Source: Tequatrovirus NIC06P2. From it: a DNA stretch of 64,000 nucleotides. Of this stretch, positions 9,625 through 18,595 are shown piece by piece. The DNA is taken from the sequence record OZ035760.1; one strand, given 5' to 3'. A program made the position numbers and the translations under genes. The notes below the pieces were generated by a model, which was not told the origin of the DNA, did not search any database, and was given only the letters and a program-made list of their open reading frames with translations. Positions within the stretch are counted from its first letter, which is position 1. Each line of letters begins with the position of its first letter.

Positions 9625-9648
9625 AGAAAGAAAGGCCCAGAGGGCCCG
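9625..9648 (-). terminator. Rho-independent terminator downstream of the nrdH-like gene
   Basis: GGGCCCUCUGGGCC stem followed by UUUCUUUCU on minus strand. Confidence 0.5.
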
Positions 9649-9650
9649 TC

Positions 9651-9944
9651 TTAATCTTCTATGATATCTCTATCATATCCAAGTGAAATGAGAGTTTCTT
9701 TGAAGTGTTTAATGTTCTTTTGTCTAGAATCATTAATGAAAATGACTGGATAACGAATGTTAAGAGATGTGAATCCAGCGCGTTTAGCAAGAGATACAAT
9801 CAGTGGACGATCATACTCAATCTTACCGTTATTTGTAAGAACTTTATAGAAAGTAAAAGGAGCATTGAGCTCCTTTAGAAGTTTTGTAACTGATTGACAT
9901 CCAGGACAACGACCTACTTCATCTGGAATTCCATAGACTTCAAT
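9651..9944 (-). CDS. Glutaredoxin/NrdH-like redoxin (CPGC active site); start codon not canonical
   Basis: KIEVYGIPDEVGRCPGCQSVTKLLKEL... thioredoxin-fold pattern; no in-frame ATG/GTG/TTG between upstream stop and the CxxC region (first in-frame candidate is ATT). Confidence 0.5.
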   Translation of the reverse strand: MEVYGIPDEVGRCPGCQSVTKLLKELNAPFTFYKVLTNNGKIEYDRPLIVSLAKRAGFTSLNIRYPVIFINDSRQKNIKHFKETLISLGYDRDIIED

Positions 9945-9945
9945 C

Positions 9946-10257
9946 TTATTCTTTAAGTTCGAGTTTTGTTCCACGAGAAATAATTCCTTGGTAAGCCCAA
10001 TAAGGAGGATTAACAGAATCCTCACCAGAGTTTTCTTCAGGAAAATAAACCTGGATAACAAATCCAGACGCATCAAAGGTAAAATAAACCGTAGGTAGTT
10101 CACCTAACAATTCGGCACGAGTATTAATTTCTTCGAGATCTCGTTCACGTCCAGCCCAAAAACTAGGATTTAGACTACATTCGTAAAAATAATAGTCATT
10201 ACCGAACATATCAAAACCCTTCCAACTCTCTACCACATACCGCTCAAAACTAATCAT
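9946..10257 (-). CDS. Hypothetical acidic protein (103 aa)
   Basis: ORF whose stop abuts the nrdH-like coding region. Confidence 0.5.
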   Translation of the reverse strand: MISFERYVVESWKGFDMFGNDYYFYECSLNPSFWAGRERDLEEINTRAELLGELPTVYFTFDASGFVIQVYFPEENSGEDSVNPPYWAYQGIISRGTKLELKE

Positions 10258-10259
10258 AA

Positions 10260-10475
10260 TTAAGCCTTTTTATCAAGAACAGAATTCAGCTTGTTAGTAA
10301 TTTTATCCAGACGCTCATTAAACTCACTAGAAGATAAGCCCTTTTCTGGAGAAATTAAACTAATAACGAAAAATATAGCAATAAAAGGAATAAGGAAAAT
10401 AGCTCCAACTGCCATAAACAGAAAGAATGTTACAGTTGTAAGAAAATCAGCTAAACCTTTACGAAATTTATACAT
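10260..10475 (-). CDS. Small membrane protein (71 aa, one TM helix)
   Basis: Hydrophobic stretch TTVTFFLFMAVGAIFLIPFIAIFFVISLI. Confidence 0.5.
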   Translation of the reverse strand: MYKFRKGLADFLTTVTFFLFMAVGAIFLIPFIAIFFVISLISPEKGLSSSEFNERLDKITNKLNSVLDKKA

Positions 10476-10590
10476 ATTTTACCCTTAATTAATTAACAAA
10501 GCATTGATAAGTACTAAACTATATTGGGAATAAAATTCTGGACCAAAATGAAAAATCATATCATTTATAGTATCCATAATGCAATTCAAT

Positions 10591-11061
10591 TTAATCATGT
10601 TTCCACACCCCATCGGTATTTGACCAAAGTCGCTGATTATCTGATCCTCGCCACAGCTTTTTAGTCGGAAGATTTTTCTCATACTTCCCATCAATAATAA
10701 CATCAACATATTTAAGCATTTCTAGTTGTTTAATATCTTCAAACTTATATCCTGTCCACAACCAAATGCTTTTATTGGGATAAAGATTTTTAATAGTTTG
10801 AACCACAGAGTGAATCACGTCTCTGTTATCAGGATAAAGAGGGTCACCTCCGGTTATAGTCAATCCTTCTATATAATCATTATTCAAACATTCAATTAAT
10901 TGTTCTAGTGTTTCACCAGTGAATGGAATACCATTTCTAGCATTCCATGTTGATTTATTATAACACCCTTCACATTTATGCAAACAACCTGTAACGAAAA
11001 GAACGACCCTGCATCCAGGGCCATTCACAAAATCACAAGGATAAAATCTATCATAATTCAT
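10591..11061 (-). CDS. nrdG: Anaerobic ribonucleotide reductase activating protein NrdG (radical SAM)
   Basis: 156 aa; Cys cluster CRVVLFVTGCLHKCEGC; same length as T4 NrdG; start overlaps nrdD stop. Confidence 0.9.
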   Translation of the reverse strand: MNYDRFYPCDFVNGPGCRVVLFVTGCLHKCEGCYNKSTWNARNGIPFTGETLEQLIECLNNDYIEGLTITGGDPLYPDNRDVIHSVVQTIKNLYPNKSIWLWTGYKFEDIKQLEMLKYVDVIIDGKYEKNLPTKKLWRGSDNQRLWSNTDGVWKHD

Positions 11062-12875
11062 TGATGCTTAACCCTATGCATGATTTCTTTATTTTTACCG
11101 AGATTAAATCCGCGTTCGTTCGGATTTCCCAAATAGCCGCATGTTCTTCTTATTGTGTTCATCTTTTTAGGATCAGTTTCTCCACAAATAGAACAAACAA
11201 ATCCATTTTCAGTAGGAGTCATTTCATGGGTACTTCCGCATGTAAAACATTTATCTACTGGCATATTAACACCAAAATAATCTAAATGTTGTGCAGCATA
11301 ATCCCATACGGCCTCAAGACCCTTTAAGTTATTTTTCATATCAGGAAGTTCAACATAAGAAATGTGACCACCTGTCGCAATGAAATGATATGGCGCTTCA
11401 CGAGAAATCTTTTCAAACGGAGTAATATTTTCTTCTACTGAAACATGGAAACTGTTAGTGTACCAACCTTTATCGGTAACATCTTTTACGCTTCCATATT
11501 TTTCTGTATCGAGTTTACAGAAGCGATAACAAAGGTTTTCAGCAGGAGTCGAATATAAACTAAAAGCAAATCCAGTTCTTTCAGTCCACTGTTTAAGATG
11601 AGCATTCATTTTAGTTAAAATTTCTTGTCCAATATCACGACCGACAAGAATATTCAATTCGTGAATACCAATGTATCCTAGGGACACTGAACTTCTACCG
11701 TTTTTAAATAACTCAATTATGTCGTCATCAGGTTTAAGACGAACCCCGAATGCACCTTCTTGGTAAAGAATAGGAGCAACAGTAGCTTTAACTCCTTTTA
11801 AGGAACTAATTCTACACATCAAAGCTTCAAAACACAAATCCATTCGTTCATTGAATAATTCAACAAATTTCTGTTCATTGAACTGTGTTCCAATATAAGA
11901 ATCTAACGCGATGCGAGGAAGATTCAGTGTTACAACACCAAGATTATTACGTCCATCAAGAATTTCATTACCAGTCGAATCTTTCCATACGCTCAAGAAA
12001 CTACGGCAACCCATTGGAGAAACAGGAACAGATGAACCAGTGATAGCTTTATTGTTCTTAGCTGAAATAATATCAGGATACATCCTTTTGCTTGCACACT
12101 CTAGAGCAAGCTGCTTAATATCATAGTTCGGATCGTCTTTATAAAGATTAACACCTTCTTCAACGAACATAACAAGCTTAGGGAAAATAGGAGTTATCCC
12201 ATCACGACCAAGACCTTTAATACGATTTTTCAGAATTGCTTTCTGAATCATTCGTTCAGTCCAGTCAGTTCCCGTACCAAATGTAATTGTTACAAAAGGA
12301 GTCTGTCCGTTTGAACTAAAGAGAGTATTTACTTCATATTCATAAGCTTGGAATGCATCGTATACATCTTTTTCTGTTTTAGATTGAGCATAATTCAACG
12401 CATCAGCGATTTGCCATTTTTCTGCATCCTCAATATGTTTTGCATAGGTGCGTTTAACATAAGGAGAAAGTACTTTATCGACATTAGCAAATGTAGTTCC
12501 GCCATATTGGTGAGAAGCAACCTGTGCAGTAATTTGTGCCATAATTGCAGTAGCAACACCGATTGATTTAGGAGTTTCAATCTGTGCATTACCAAGCTTA
12601 AATCCATTCTCAAGCATTCCTTTTAAATCTACTAAACAACAATTAGTAAATGGAAGAGCAGGGGAATAATCAATATCATGGAAATGAATAATTCCGCTTT
12701 CATGCGCTTTCATAATAAAAGACGGGACCATATTTTTGGCAATGTGTTTAGACACAATACCAGCCATAAGGTCCCGTTGAGTTGGAAAAACACGAGAATC
12801 TTTATTAGCATTCTCGTTTAAAAGGTCTTTATTAGTTTTATGAATCAATCCTTCAATTTCTTTTTCAATTGTCAT
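11058..12875 (-). CDS. nrdD: Anaerobic ribonucleoside-triphosphate reductase NrdD, uninterrupted
   Basis: 605 aa continuous ORF; C-terminal glycyl-radical region RRTCGYLGN and Zn Cys cluster CFTCGS...CSICG. Confidence 0.92.
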   Translation of the reverse strand: MTIEKEIEGLIHKTNKDLLNENANKDSRVFPTQRDLMAGIVSKHIAKNMVPSFIMKAHESGIIHFHDIDYSPALPFTNCCLVDLKGMLENGFKLGNAQIETPKSIGVATAIMAQITAQVASHQYGGTTFANVDKVLSPYVKRTYAKHIEDAEKWQIADALNYAQSKTEKDVYDAFQAYEYEVNTLFSSNGQTPFVTITFGTGTDWTERMIQKAILKNRIKGLGRDGITPIFPKLVMFVEEGVNLYKDDPNYDIKQLALECASKRMYPDIISAKNNKAITGSSVPVSPMGCRSFLSVWKDSTGNEILDGRNNLGVVTLNLPRIALDSYIGTQFNEQKFVELFNERMDLCFEALMCRISSLKGVKATVAPILYQEGAFGVRLKPDDDIIELFKNGRSSVSLGYIGIHELNILVGRDIGQEILTKMNAHLKQWTERTGFAFSLYSTPAENLCYRFCKLDTEKYGSVKDVTDKGWYTNSFHVSVEENITPFEKISREAPYHFIATGGHISYVELPDMKNNLKGLEAVWDYAAQHLDYFGVNMPVDKCFTCGSTHEMTPTENGFVCSICGETDPKKMNTIRRTCGYLGNPNERGFNLGKNKEIMHRVKHQ

Positions 12876-13345
12876 TTTAAACTCTTTCTAAGCTGCTTCT
12901 TAAATGAAGCTATTAACTGTGTTTTGGTGTCAGATTCATTATATTCAAATCCTCTTTGAAGCATCTCGGCCATCATTTCCTCTTTTCCTAAACGAGAAAA
13001 TTCCTTTGATTTATCTCCAACAAAGTTAGGGTGAATATTATTTTGGGTGTAATCGGATTTTAAATAAGTAAGTAAATTTTCTAACCATTCAAGATAATCA
13101 ACACCTTGTCCCTTTAAGCCAGAACGATTAAATTTATGCTTCATTTGACCTTCTGCGGCATTGCAGAGATTACAAAGCAATCCACGTACCTTTCCTGCTT
13201 TTGGTCCATTTAATTCATGGTCATGGTCAAGGTGATTAGCTTGAACGTCAGGATTTAGTTCTCGTTGGCAAATTAAGCATTTACCATTTTGTGCATCATA
13301 AAATTTCTGTTTTTCTTCTTTATATAATTTGCCAGTCAATAACAT
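12872..13345 (-). CDS. 49: Endonuclease VII (Holliday junction resolvase) gp49
   Basis: 157 aa; MLLTGKLYKEEKQKFYDAQNGKCLICQRELNPDVQANHLDHDHELNGPKAGKVRGLLCNLCN matches T4 endo VII. Confidence 0.9.
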   Translation of the reverse strand: MLLTGKLYKEEKQKFYDAQNGKCLICQRELNPDVQANHLDHDHELNGPKAGKVRGLLCNLCNAAEGQMKHKFNRSGLKGQGVDYLEWLENLLTYLKSDYTQNNIHPNFVGDKSKEFSRLGKEEMMAEMLQRGFEYNESDTKTQLIASFKKQLRKSLK

Positions 13346-13386
13346 AATAAACCCTTACCTTAAATAGATAAGGGTATTTATTATTT

Positions 13387-13872
13387 TCAAGTATTGTAAA
13401 ACATTTGATTCAATCGCTTATATTGCCGAATCTTTTGGTCAGAAAAAGAAATTTGAGTTTCAAGCCATTCAATGTACTCTGCGGCAGCTTGCATCAGGTT
13501 ACCTTCATAGCCATCGTTATTTTCTTGTGCAGCTAATTTAGCTAATGCGTATGAAATACGTTCACCTTGAAAAGCGGCTTCAGGCTTCTGAACAACTTGA
13601 TTAGTTCGCTCTACAACTTCTTCAATTTCGCCATTTTCGACTGATTCAGCATTCCATAAGCACCAATACGTAATTGGCTTATCGTAGATGTTAATAATCT
13701 TTCCATCAGAAAGTTCAATTTCAATAATTCCAGTATCAGGTTCTATATCATCTTCGCATTCTTTTGCAAGTTCACGAACTTTAAAGACAGTACCTGCACT
13801 AAGTTCCGGCCAGTAATTACATAGCCCTGTATCAGCACGATTAATTCTAAACCACTTATCTACTGTAATCAT
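13387..13872 (-). CDS. Hypothetical protein at the T4 pin (protease inhibitor) position, 161 aa from second Met
   Basis: Synteny (immediately after gene 49) and length only. Confidence 0.45.
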   Translation of the reverse strand: MITVDKWFRINRADTGLCNYWPELSAGTVFKVRELAKECEDDIEPDTGIIEIELSDGKIINIYDKPITYWCLWNAESVENGEIEEVVERTNQVVQKPEAAFQGERISYALAKLAAQENNDGYEGNLMQAAAEYIEWLETQISFSDQKIRQYKRLNQMFYNT

Positions 13873-13995
13873 GTCCCATCTCCATATCAATTAAGTCATT
13901 TATCGTTGGTTCATTATATACTGTTTCTTCATCAGTGTAAACCGGTTCTTCCGGCTCTGGCTCTACAGTTTCCCATCTAGCCGCCCACCAAGGTT

Positions 13996-14316
13996 TTATA
14001 GCGTAATCCATTCTCGTACTGTCTGAGTTACTACACGTTCTCGAAGCTCAACCAGTTCAACAGTAGGAACTGCATAATACCAGTCAGAATGGTAAGAACC
14101 TGAGCGAGATTCATTTACGGAAACATATACGTAGTGTTTTGGGCTAAAGTAAATTACTCGACGATATTGGCATTTGCCTTGTTGAGTCCATTCTTCGGAT
14201 TCAATCTGAATAAGATAGTCGGAAAAATCGAAATCATAGTTTTCCGAAAATGCATCATGGTCTTCGATGATTTCGCTCAGAACTGCATCAACATCTAATT
14301 TATTTTCAATAGTCAT
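13996..14316 (-). CDS. Hypothetical acidic protein (106 aa)
   Basis: ORF in minus-strand block. Confidence 0.5.
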   Translation of the reverse strand: MTIENKLDVDAVLSEIIEDHDAFSENYDFDFSDYLIQIESEEWTQQGKCQYRRVIYFSPKHYVYVSVNESRSGSYHSDWYYAVPTVELVELRERVVTQTVREWITL

Positions 14317-14327
14317 TTTTTCACCAA

Positions 14328-14522
14328 TTAATTTCGCAATTTATTAAGTTCTTCATAATCAATCCAGGATTCTAATCCTGATGGCAAATCAGATTCAATT
14401 TCCCAAAGAAGTTCTTCAATTTTATGAAGACGATCTAATTCTTCAGCTGGAATAGTAACCATTGATGGAGTTCTTGATACACTAATATCGTAAATCATAT
14501 TTACCCCAGTTTGACCATGCAA
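14328..14522 (-). CDS. Small hypothetical protein (64 aa)
   Basis: ORF in minus-strand block. Confidence 0.45.
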   Translation of the reverse strand: MHGQTGVNMIYDISVSRTPSMVTIPAEELDRLHKIEELLWEIESDLPSGLESWIDYEELNKLRN

Positions 14523-14716
14523 TCACCGTATTTCCACTTAGAAATAGACTTTTCACCATTAGAATAATAAACTTCGAGTTTAGCACGATTATTTTTAATT
14601 TGAATAACCTTGGCTGTCATCAAAGTTCCATACCCATAGTAAACTGCAACTTCATCACCTACATATACCGCGCTTCCGCGGTAGTCATGGATATAATCAG
14701 TTCCTTCGAGAATCAT
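14501..14716 (-). CDS. Small hypothetical protein (71 aa)
   Basis: ORF with 4-nt overlap to nrdC stop. Confidence 0.45.
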   Translation of the reverse strand: MILEGTDYIHDYRGSAVYVGDEVAVYYGYGTLMTAKVIQIKNNRAKLEVYYSNGEKSISKWKYGDCMVKLG

Positions 14717-14976
14717 TTAAAGTATTCCCGCAATTGGTCAAATCCACCAATATGACTTCCATCAGGAGCAAATACCTGAGGCATCGTCAATCCGATTTGA
14801 GTATCACGACCTAGTTTAGTCAGAAGCTCAGCGATTTTCTCATCATCAAAAACACCTTTTTCCGGCATAATGTTGATAAATTCAAACGGCTGTTTCTTCA
14901 CGGTCAAAAGACGTTTTGCATTATCACAATACACGCATTTATGGATGTTGCTATCATAACCATATACTTTAAACAT
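14713..14976 (-). CDS. nrdC: Glutaredoxin (T4 thioredoxin) NrdC
   Basis: 87 aa; MFKVYGYDSNIHKCVYCDNAKRLL...GGFDQLREYFK matches T4 NrdC with CVYC active site. Confidence 0.9.
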   Translation of the reverse strand: MFKVYGYDSNIHKCVYCDNAKRLLTVKKQPFEFINIMPEKGVFDDEKIAELLTKLGRDTQIGLTMPQVFAPDGSHIGGFDQLREYFK

Positions 14977-14977
14977 A

Positions 14978-15235
14978 TTATTCCTTAATTCCTAGTACTT
15001 GTTTAAAAGTCTCGTCGTAATCAAGACTTTGGCCCGTTTGTTCTTTATGTTTGTATATAATATCACTTACTTCTGATAGCATATTTTTATATGAACGAGT
15101 TAAAGCAGATTTAAGCACGCTGTATCTATCAGGAAATTTACCATGTTCATTATAATAAGCTATTGCTAATTCACGGACTGCCTTTTCAGCAGTCTCCATA
15201 TATTCTTTACGCTTGGTCATTTTCTTCTCGGTCAA
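14978..15235 (-). CDS. Hypothetical protein (85 aa)
   Basis: ORF in minus-strand block. Confidence 0.5.
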
Positions 15236-15524
15236 ATCGGTGTTTACAATGGCGACATTTATAACGAAGATTACTAGTCTGCCAATGAACTAATTGTACC
15301 TGTTCAGTACCGCATTCAGGACAATTAGGAACGTTTTTAGAAGCACGTTCGCGGCGTTCAACCATAACCATAATGGCATCCCAAGCAGGAGGTTTAAAGT
15401 CTAAATCATCACAACCATGAATCTTTCCACGCATTTCCAAATCGTCTTCTTCACCGGCCATAATAATTTTAATTAAACTGAAATTACTTGAAGCTGCAAT
15501 GTCTTCTAATAGACGCTTTTTCAT
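15207..15524 (-). CDS. Zinc-ribbon protein (105 aa)
   Basis: CPECG...CRHCKHRF four-Cys motif. Confidence 0.5.
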
Positions 15525-16450
15525 TTCAATACCTCAATAGCATTACGTAAACCATTTGCTTTTGCATTAAGAGCTTTTAACAATTTGGTGTGTTCTGCAA
15601 TTTGGGCTTCAACTTCAATCAAACGAGCATTGAGATATTCGCGTTCTTCACTCAGATTATCAACCTTTTCTACTTTAGGCTCTTTTACAACTGTCTTATA
15701 TGTATTAGGGTTCTTCAGTTTAATTAGAATGCGTGAACTGTATAACATTGAACCATTATCTTCGGTTTCGTCATACATTTCCACTACGTCCATCATCTCC
15801 ACCATCGTGCAGAGTTTATAAGACAACGAACGAATAATTTTGTTGTGCTTATTAATTTCTCTAGCTGTCATGGTGCCGAGATTACGTGAGTAATAATAAG
15901 GAACCTGGATATTAATTAATACTGATGAACCACCTGGCTTGTGTGTTACTTCATCAGCAATAACCCAATCCTTAACATGAACTGTATTTGTACGGTCATC
16001 GCCCGCGGTAAATAGTTTACGAGCATGCTTAAAAAGCATATTCACTTGGTCATTGAATTGACAAGCGAATTTATCAGCAAATTTAGTTTCGGGAATGGTA
16101 GATAACCAATCAGCCAAATGAGTCTTTTTAACATCGTTAACAATAGTAAATTCAACCAAATCGGTTATAGATGTCTCAGATTTAATGAAGCTCGGCTTCA
16201 TAAAGTTTTTAATGTTATCACTAGCTACAGTAGAAGATAACAGACGAGAACGTTTAAACCATTGAAGCAAATTGCCTAACGAATGAGAATAAGCGTTTTG
16301 AGTATCTTTACAGATATGATTTTCCTGGCCAACATATTGAAGGAAATCACGAAGAATATTATTGATTACTGCCCTGTGTCCTATCTGATAATTACGATGT
16401 TTAGTAATAAGACTGTCAAAATAATCAATATAATGTTTACGAGTTTTCAT
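15521..16450 (-). CDS. Hypothetical protein with C-terminal coiled coil (309 aa), member of tandem paralog array
   Basis: N-terminus MKTRKHYIDYF; C-terminal heptad-rich segment. Confidence 0.6.
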   Translation of the reverse strand: MKTRKHYIDYFDSLITKHRNYQIGHRAVINNILRDFLQYVGQENHICKDTQNAYSHSLGNLLQWFKRSRLLSSTVASDNIKNFMKPSFIKSETSITDLVEFTIVNDVKKTHLADWLSTIPETKFADKFACQFNDQVNMLFKHARKLFTAGDDRTNTVHVKDWVIADEVTHKPGGSSVLINIQVPYYYSRNLGTMTAREINKHNKIIRSLSYKLCTMVEMMDVVEMYDETEDNGSMLYSSRILIKLKNPNTYKTVVKEPKVEKVDNLSEEREYLNARLIEVEAQIAEHTKLLKALNAKANGLRNAIEVLK

Positions 16451-16502
16451 GTTCTTCTCACTTTGTTAATGATTTGTACTCCGAGCCATCCTTGGCTTTA
16501 AA

Positions 16503-17504
16503 TTACTTAATTAACTGTAAAGCTTGTTCTAGACGATCAAGACGATTAACGGATTCTTCCCAAATCTTTTTAGCCTGCTCATATTCTTTCTGCGCTTTAT
16601 TAGAAATTTCTAGAACTTCCTTATAAGCTTTTTCTAATGCAATAACTTCTGGACGAATTTCTACCGGTTCAGGTGAATCATCAAGACATTCCATTAGTTC
16701 CTCAAGGGTAGTTTCTTCTTTAGGAGTATTCACAATTTCATCACATTTTTGTTGATAAATTTCTTTATCAGTAGGTGAGTACGCGCACTTTACTTCACGA
16801 AGACTAATTACAATTTTATATCCTTCCCAACCGCATATATTCTTAAAAGGATATGTATGAATATTTTCTACTGTTTCCATACAAAGTAATGCGGTCTCTA
16901 ATTGACGAGTTATAGTGCTAGCAATTGAGAAAAATTTATTAATGTTCTTTTGGTTAGCTTCTGGTGTAAAAAATCCATAATTCACAAAAATAGATACTTT
17001 ATTTTTATCAAGTTCATATTCTTTTATGATAATCATATCAGAAGCCAAAGGATGAATTTGACGATAATCGCCATAACATAATTTAGAAGCTGATTTTAGA
17101 ATCTGTCCTTTGAAAAGTCTGAAATTACTAATCCAACGACGAGTAAAAATATTCTCAGGGTCTTCTTTATTATTAAGATGATAAGAATTAACATCACCGA
17201 ACCAATTATATCCTACTACATCTTTGGTTCGTTTAATTTCTTTCCCAAAATTACCAAGAATATCCCGATTAACCAAATATGAAAGAAGACGAGACTCTTT
17301 AAAGGTTTTCTTGATAAGATCTTTATCTACACGACTAGAAATTTTACGAATTTCATGAATAAATTTAGTAGAAGAAACAATACCTGCATCAACACTATTG
17401 AGCCATTGATTGATAATAGAAAGAACGCTATTTTGGCCAAACATCGGTATAGCTTTATCATCAATAACGCTATTGAATGATTTGATATATTCGTTACGAG
17501 TCAT
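16503..17504 (-). CDS. Hypothetical protein with C-terminal coiled coil (333 aa from MTRNEYIK), paralog array member
   Basis: SD GAGGAG upstream of ATG at 17504; early promoter at 17534-17563; shares a block (RRWISNFRLFKGQILKSASKL vs EWRFIALFRKQLKQILSTASRL) with the next protein. Confidence 0.6.
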   Translation of the reverse strand: MTRNEYIKSFNSVIDDKAIPMFGQNSVLSIINQWLNSVDAGIVSSTKFIHEIRKISSRVDKDLIKKTFKESRLLSYLVNRDILGNFGKEIKRTKDVVGYNWFGDVNSYHLNNKEDPENIFTRRWISNFRLFKGQILKSASKLCYGDYRQIHPLASDMIIIKEYELDKNKVSIFVNYGFFTPEANQKNINKFFSIASTITRQLETALLCMETVENIHTYPFKNICGWEGYKIVISLREVKCAYSPTDKEIYQQKCDEIVNTPKEETTLEELMECLDDSPEPVEIRPEVIALEKAYKEVLEISNKAQKEYEQAKKIWEESVNRLDRLEQALQLIK

Positions 17505-17533
17505 ATTAATCTCCTCAGTAGAAAGTAAGAACA

Positions 17534-17563
17534 TTATACCACATCCTTGTGGCAAAGTAAACT
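17534..17563 (-). promoter_or_regulatory. T4 early-type promoter (GTTTAC, 18 nt spacer, TATAAT)
   Basis: Minus strand: CTAGTTTACTTTGCCACAAGGATGTGGTATAATGTTC. Confidence 0.5.
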
Positions 17564-18587
17564 AGTTCAGTGCATTTAGCGCATTGTTCAGTTTAGAACG
17601 TTGCTTTGTCAGATTTTGAACCCTTGACTGAGCTTGTTCTAACGCCTTTTCAGCTTCTAGCACTTCATTAGTTGCTTTAACGAGTTCATCATCTACTGCC
17701 TTAAGAGACTTCTCAATCGCATCTGCATGCCATTTTTCAACAGGTTTAAGACTCGGATTTTCAACAGGAAGAAAATTCACTTTATTAAGTTTACATGCAT
17801 CTATATTGCTTGAACTATGCATCCAAAATTTAGGATCGTTTGATAAGTAATTGGATAAATTTAAATTTAAGTTATCTTGTACTTCTTGCTTTTTCTCTTG
17901 CGGGACTTCGTCCTTTCTCAAAAAATCATATTTAAATGAAACGATCATATCAAGTTCATATGATGTTGTATCTAACTTAAATCGTTCAAAACGAGGTAAA
18001 ATCTTAGATTGAACAGCAGCAACAACATCCATATACTTAAATGCTTCTGTCAGCTGTGATTTAAGACATTCACAAATTGAAAGAGAATTTTTAGTATTAG
18101 GCTTAAAGCTAATTCGTGCAGTTCTATTATTTTCTTTTAACGGTCTTACTTCCATCTGAAGAGTATAACCATCAAATTTCAGATTCTTTAAGTTAATATC
18201 AGAACCTTTTAATCGACTAGCAGTAGACAAAATTTGCTTTAATTGTTTACGGAATAGAGCAATAAATCTCCATTCAAGACGATAATGATTTGGATTAAAA
18301 AATCCTGTTGATAAATCGACCTTACTCTGACCAACGCCTTGAACAAATAAAGGATTTTTATAATCAATAGTTTTACAGAAATCGGTGAGCTGCTCACGAG
18401 CAGTCATTTGAGTAATATACCCCGCTTTACTAAAATGACGTAACCATTCACTGCTATTCATATACTTAAAGTGAATATCACGATTAACTTTATCAGGGTC
18501 TAAATTATTTTGGCACAAAAATGTCATAACATTACGGGTATAGCTGGCATTACGAACCATATCTTCAATTTGAGAACGAGTTTTCAT
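17562..18587 (-). CDS. Hypothetical protein with C-terminal coiled coil (341 aa), paralog array member
   Basis: N-terminus MKTRSQIEDMV; C-terminal coiled coil. Confidence 0.6.
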   Translation of the reverse strand: MKTRSQIEDMVRNASYTRNVMTFLCQNNLDPDKVNRDIHFKYMNSSEWLRHFSKAGYITQMTAREQLTDFCKTIDYKNPLFVQGVGQSKVDLSTGFFNPNHYRLEWRFIALFRKQLKQILSTASRLKGSDINLKNLKFDGYTLQMEVRPLKENNRTARISFKPNTKNSLSICECLKSQLTEAFKYMDVVAAVQSKILPRFERFKLDTTSYELDMIVSFKYDFLRKDEVPQEKKQEVQDNLNLNLSNYLSNDPKFWMHSSSNIDACKLNKVNFLPVENPSLKPVEKWHADAIEKSLKAVDDELVKATNEVLEAEKALEQAQSRVQNLTKQRSKLNNALNALN

Positions 18588-18595
18588 GGTGTTCC

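Noticed and set aside
9651-10103. 150-aa version of the nrdH-like ORF starting at an upstream Met
   Set aside because: The N-terminal 50 codons overlap the acidic 103-aa ORF in another frame and read as Leu/Arg-rich junk; kept only the thioredoxin-fold part and flagged the start problem.
10485-10709. ORF overlapping nrdG 3' region
   Set aside because: Alternative frame of nrdG; nrdG motifs favour the annotated frame.
11061-12613. Internal ORFs within nrdD; search for a group I intron
   Set aside because: nrdD is a single uninterrupted 605-aa frame; no intron-like non-coding gap or embedded endonuclease ORF.
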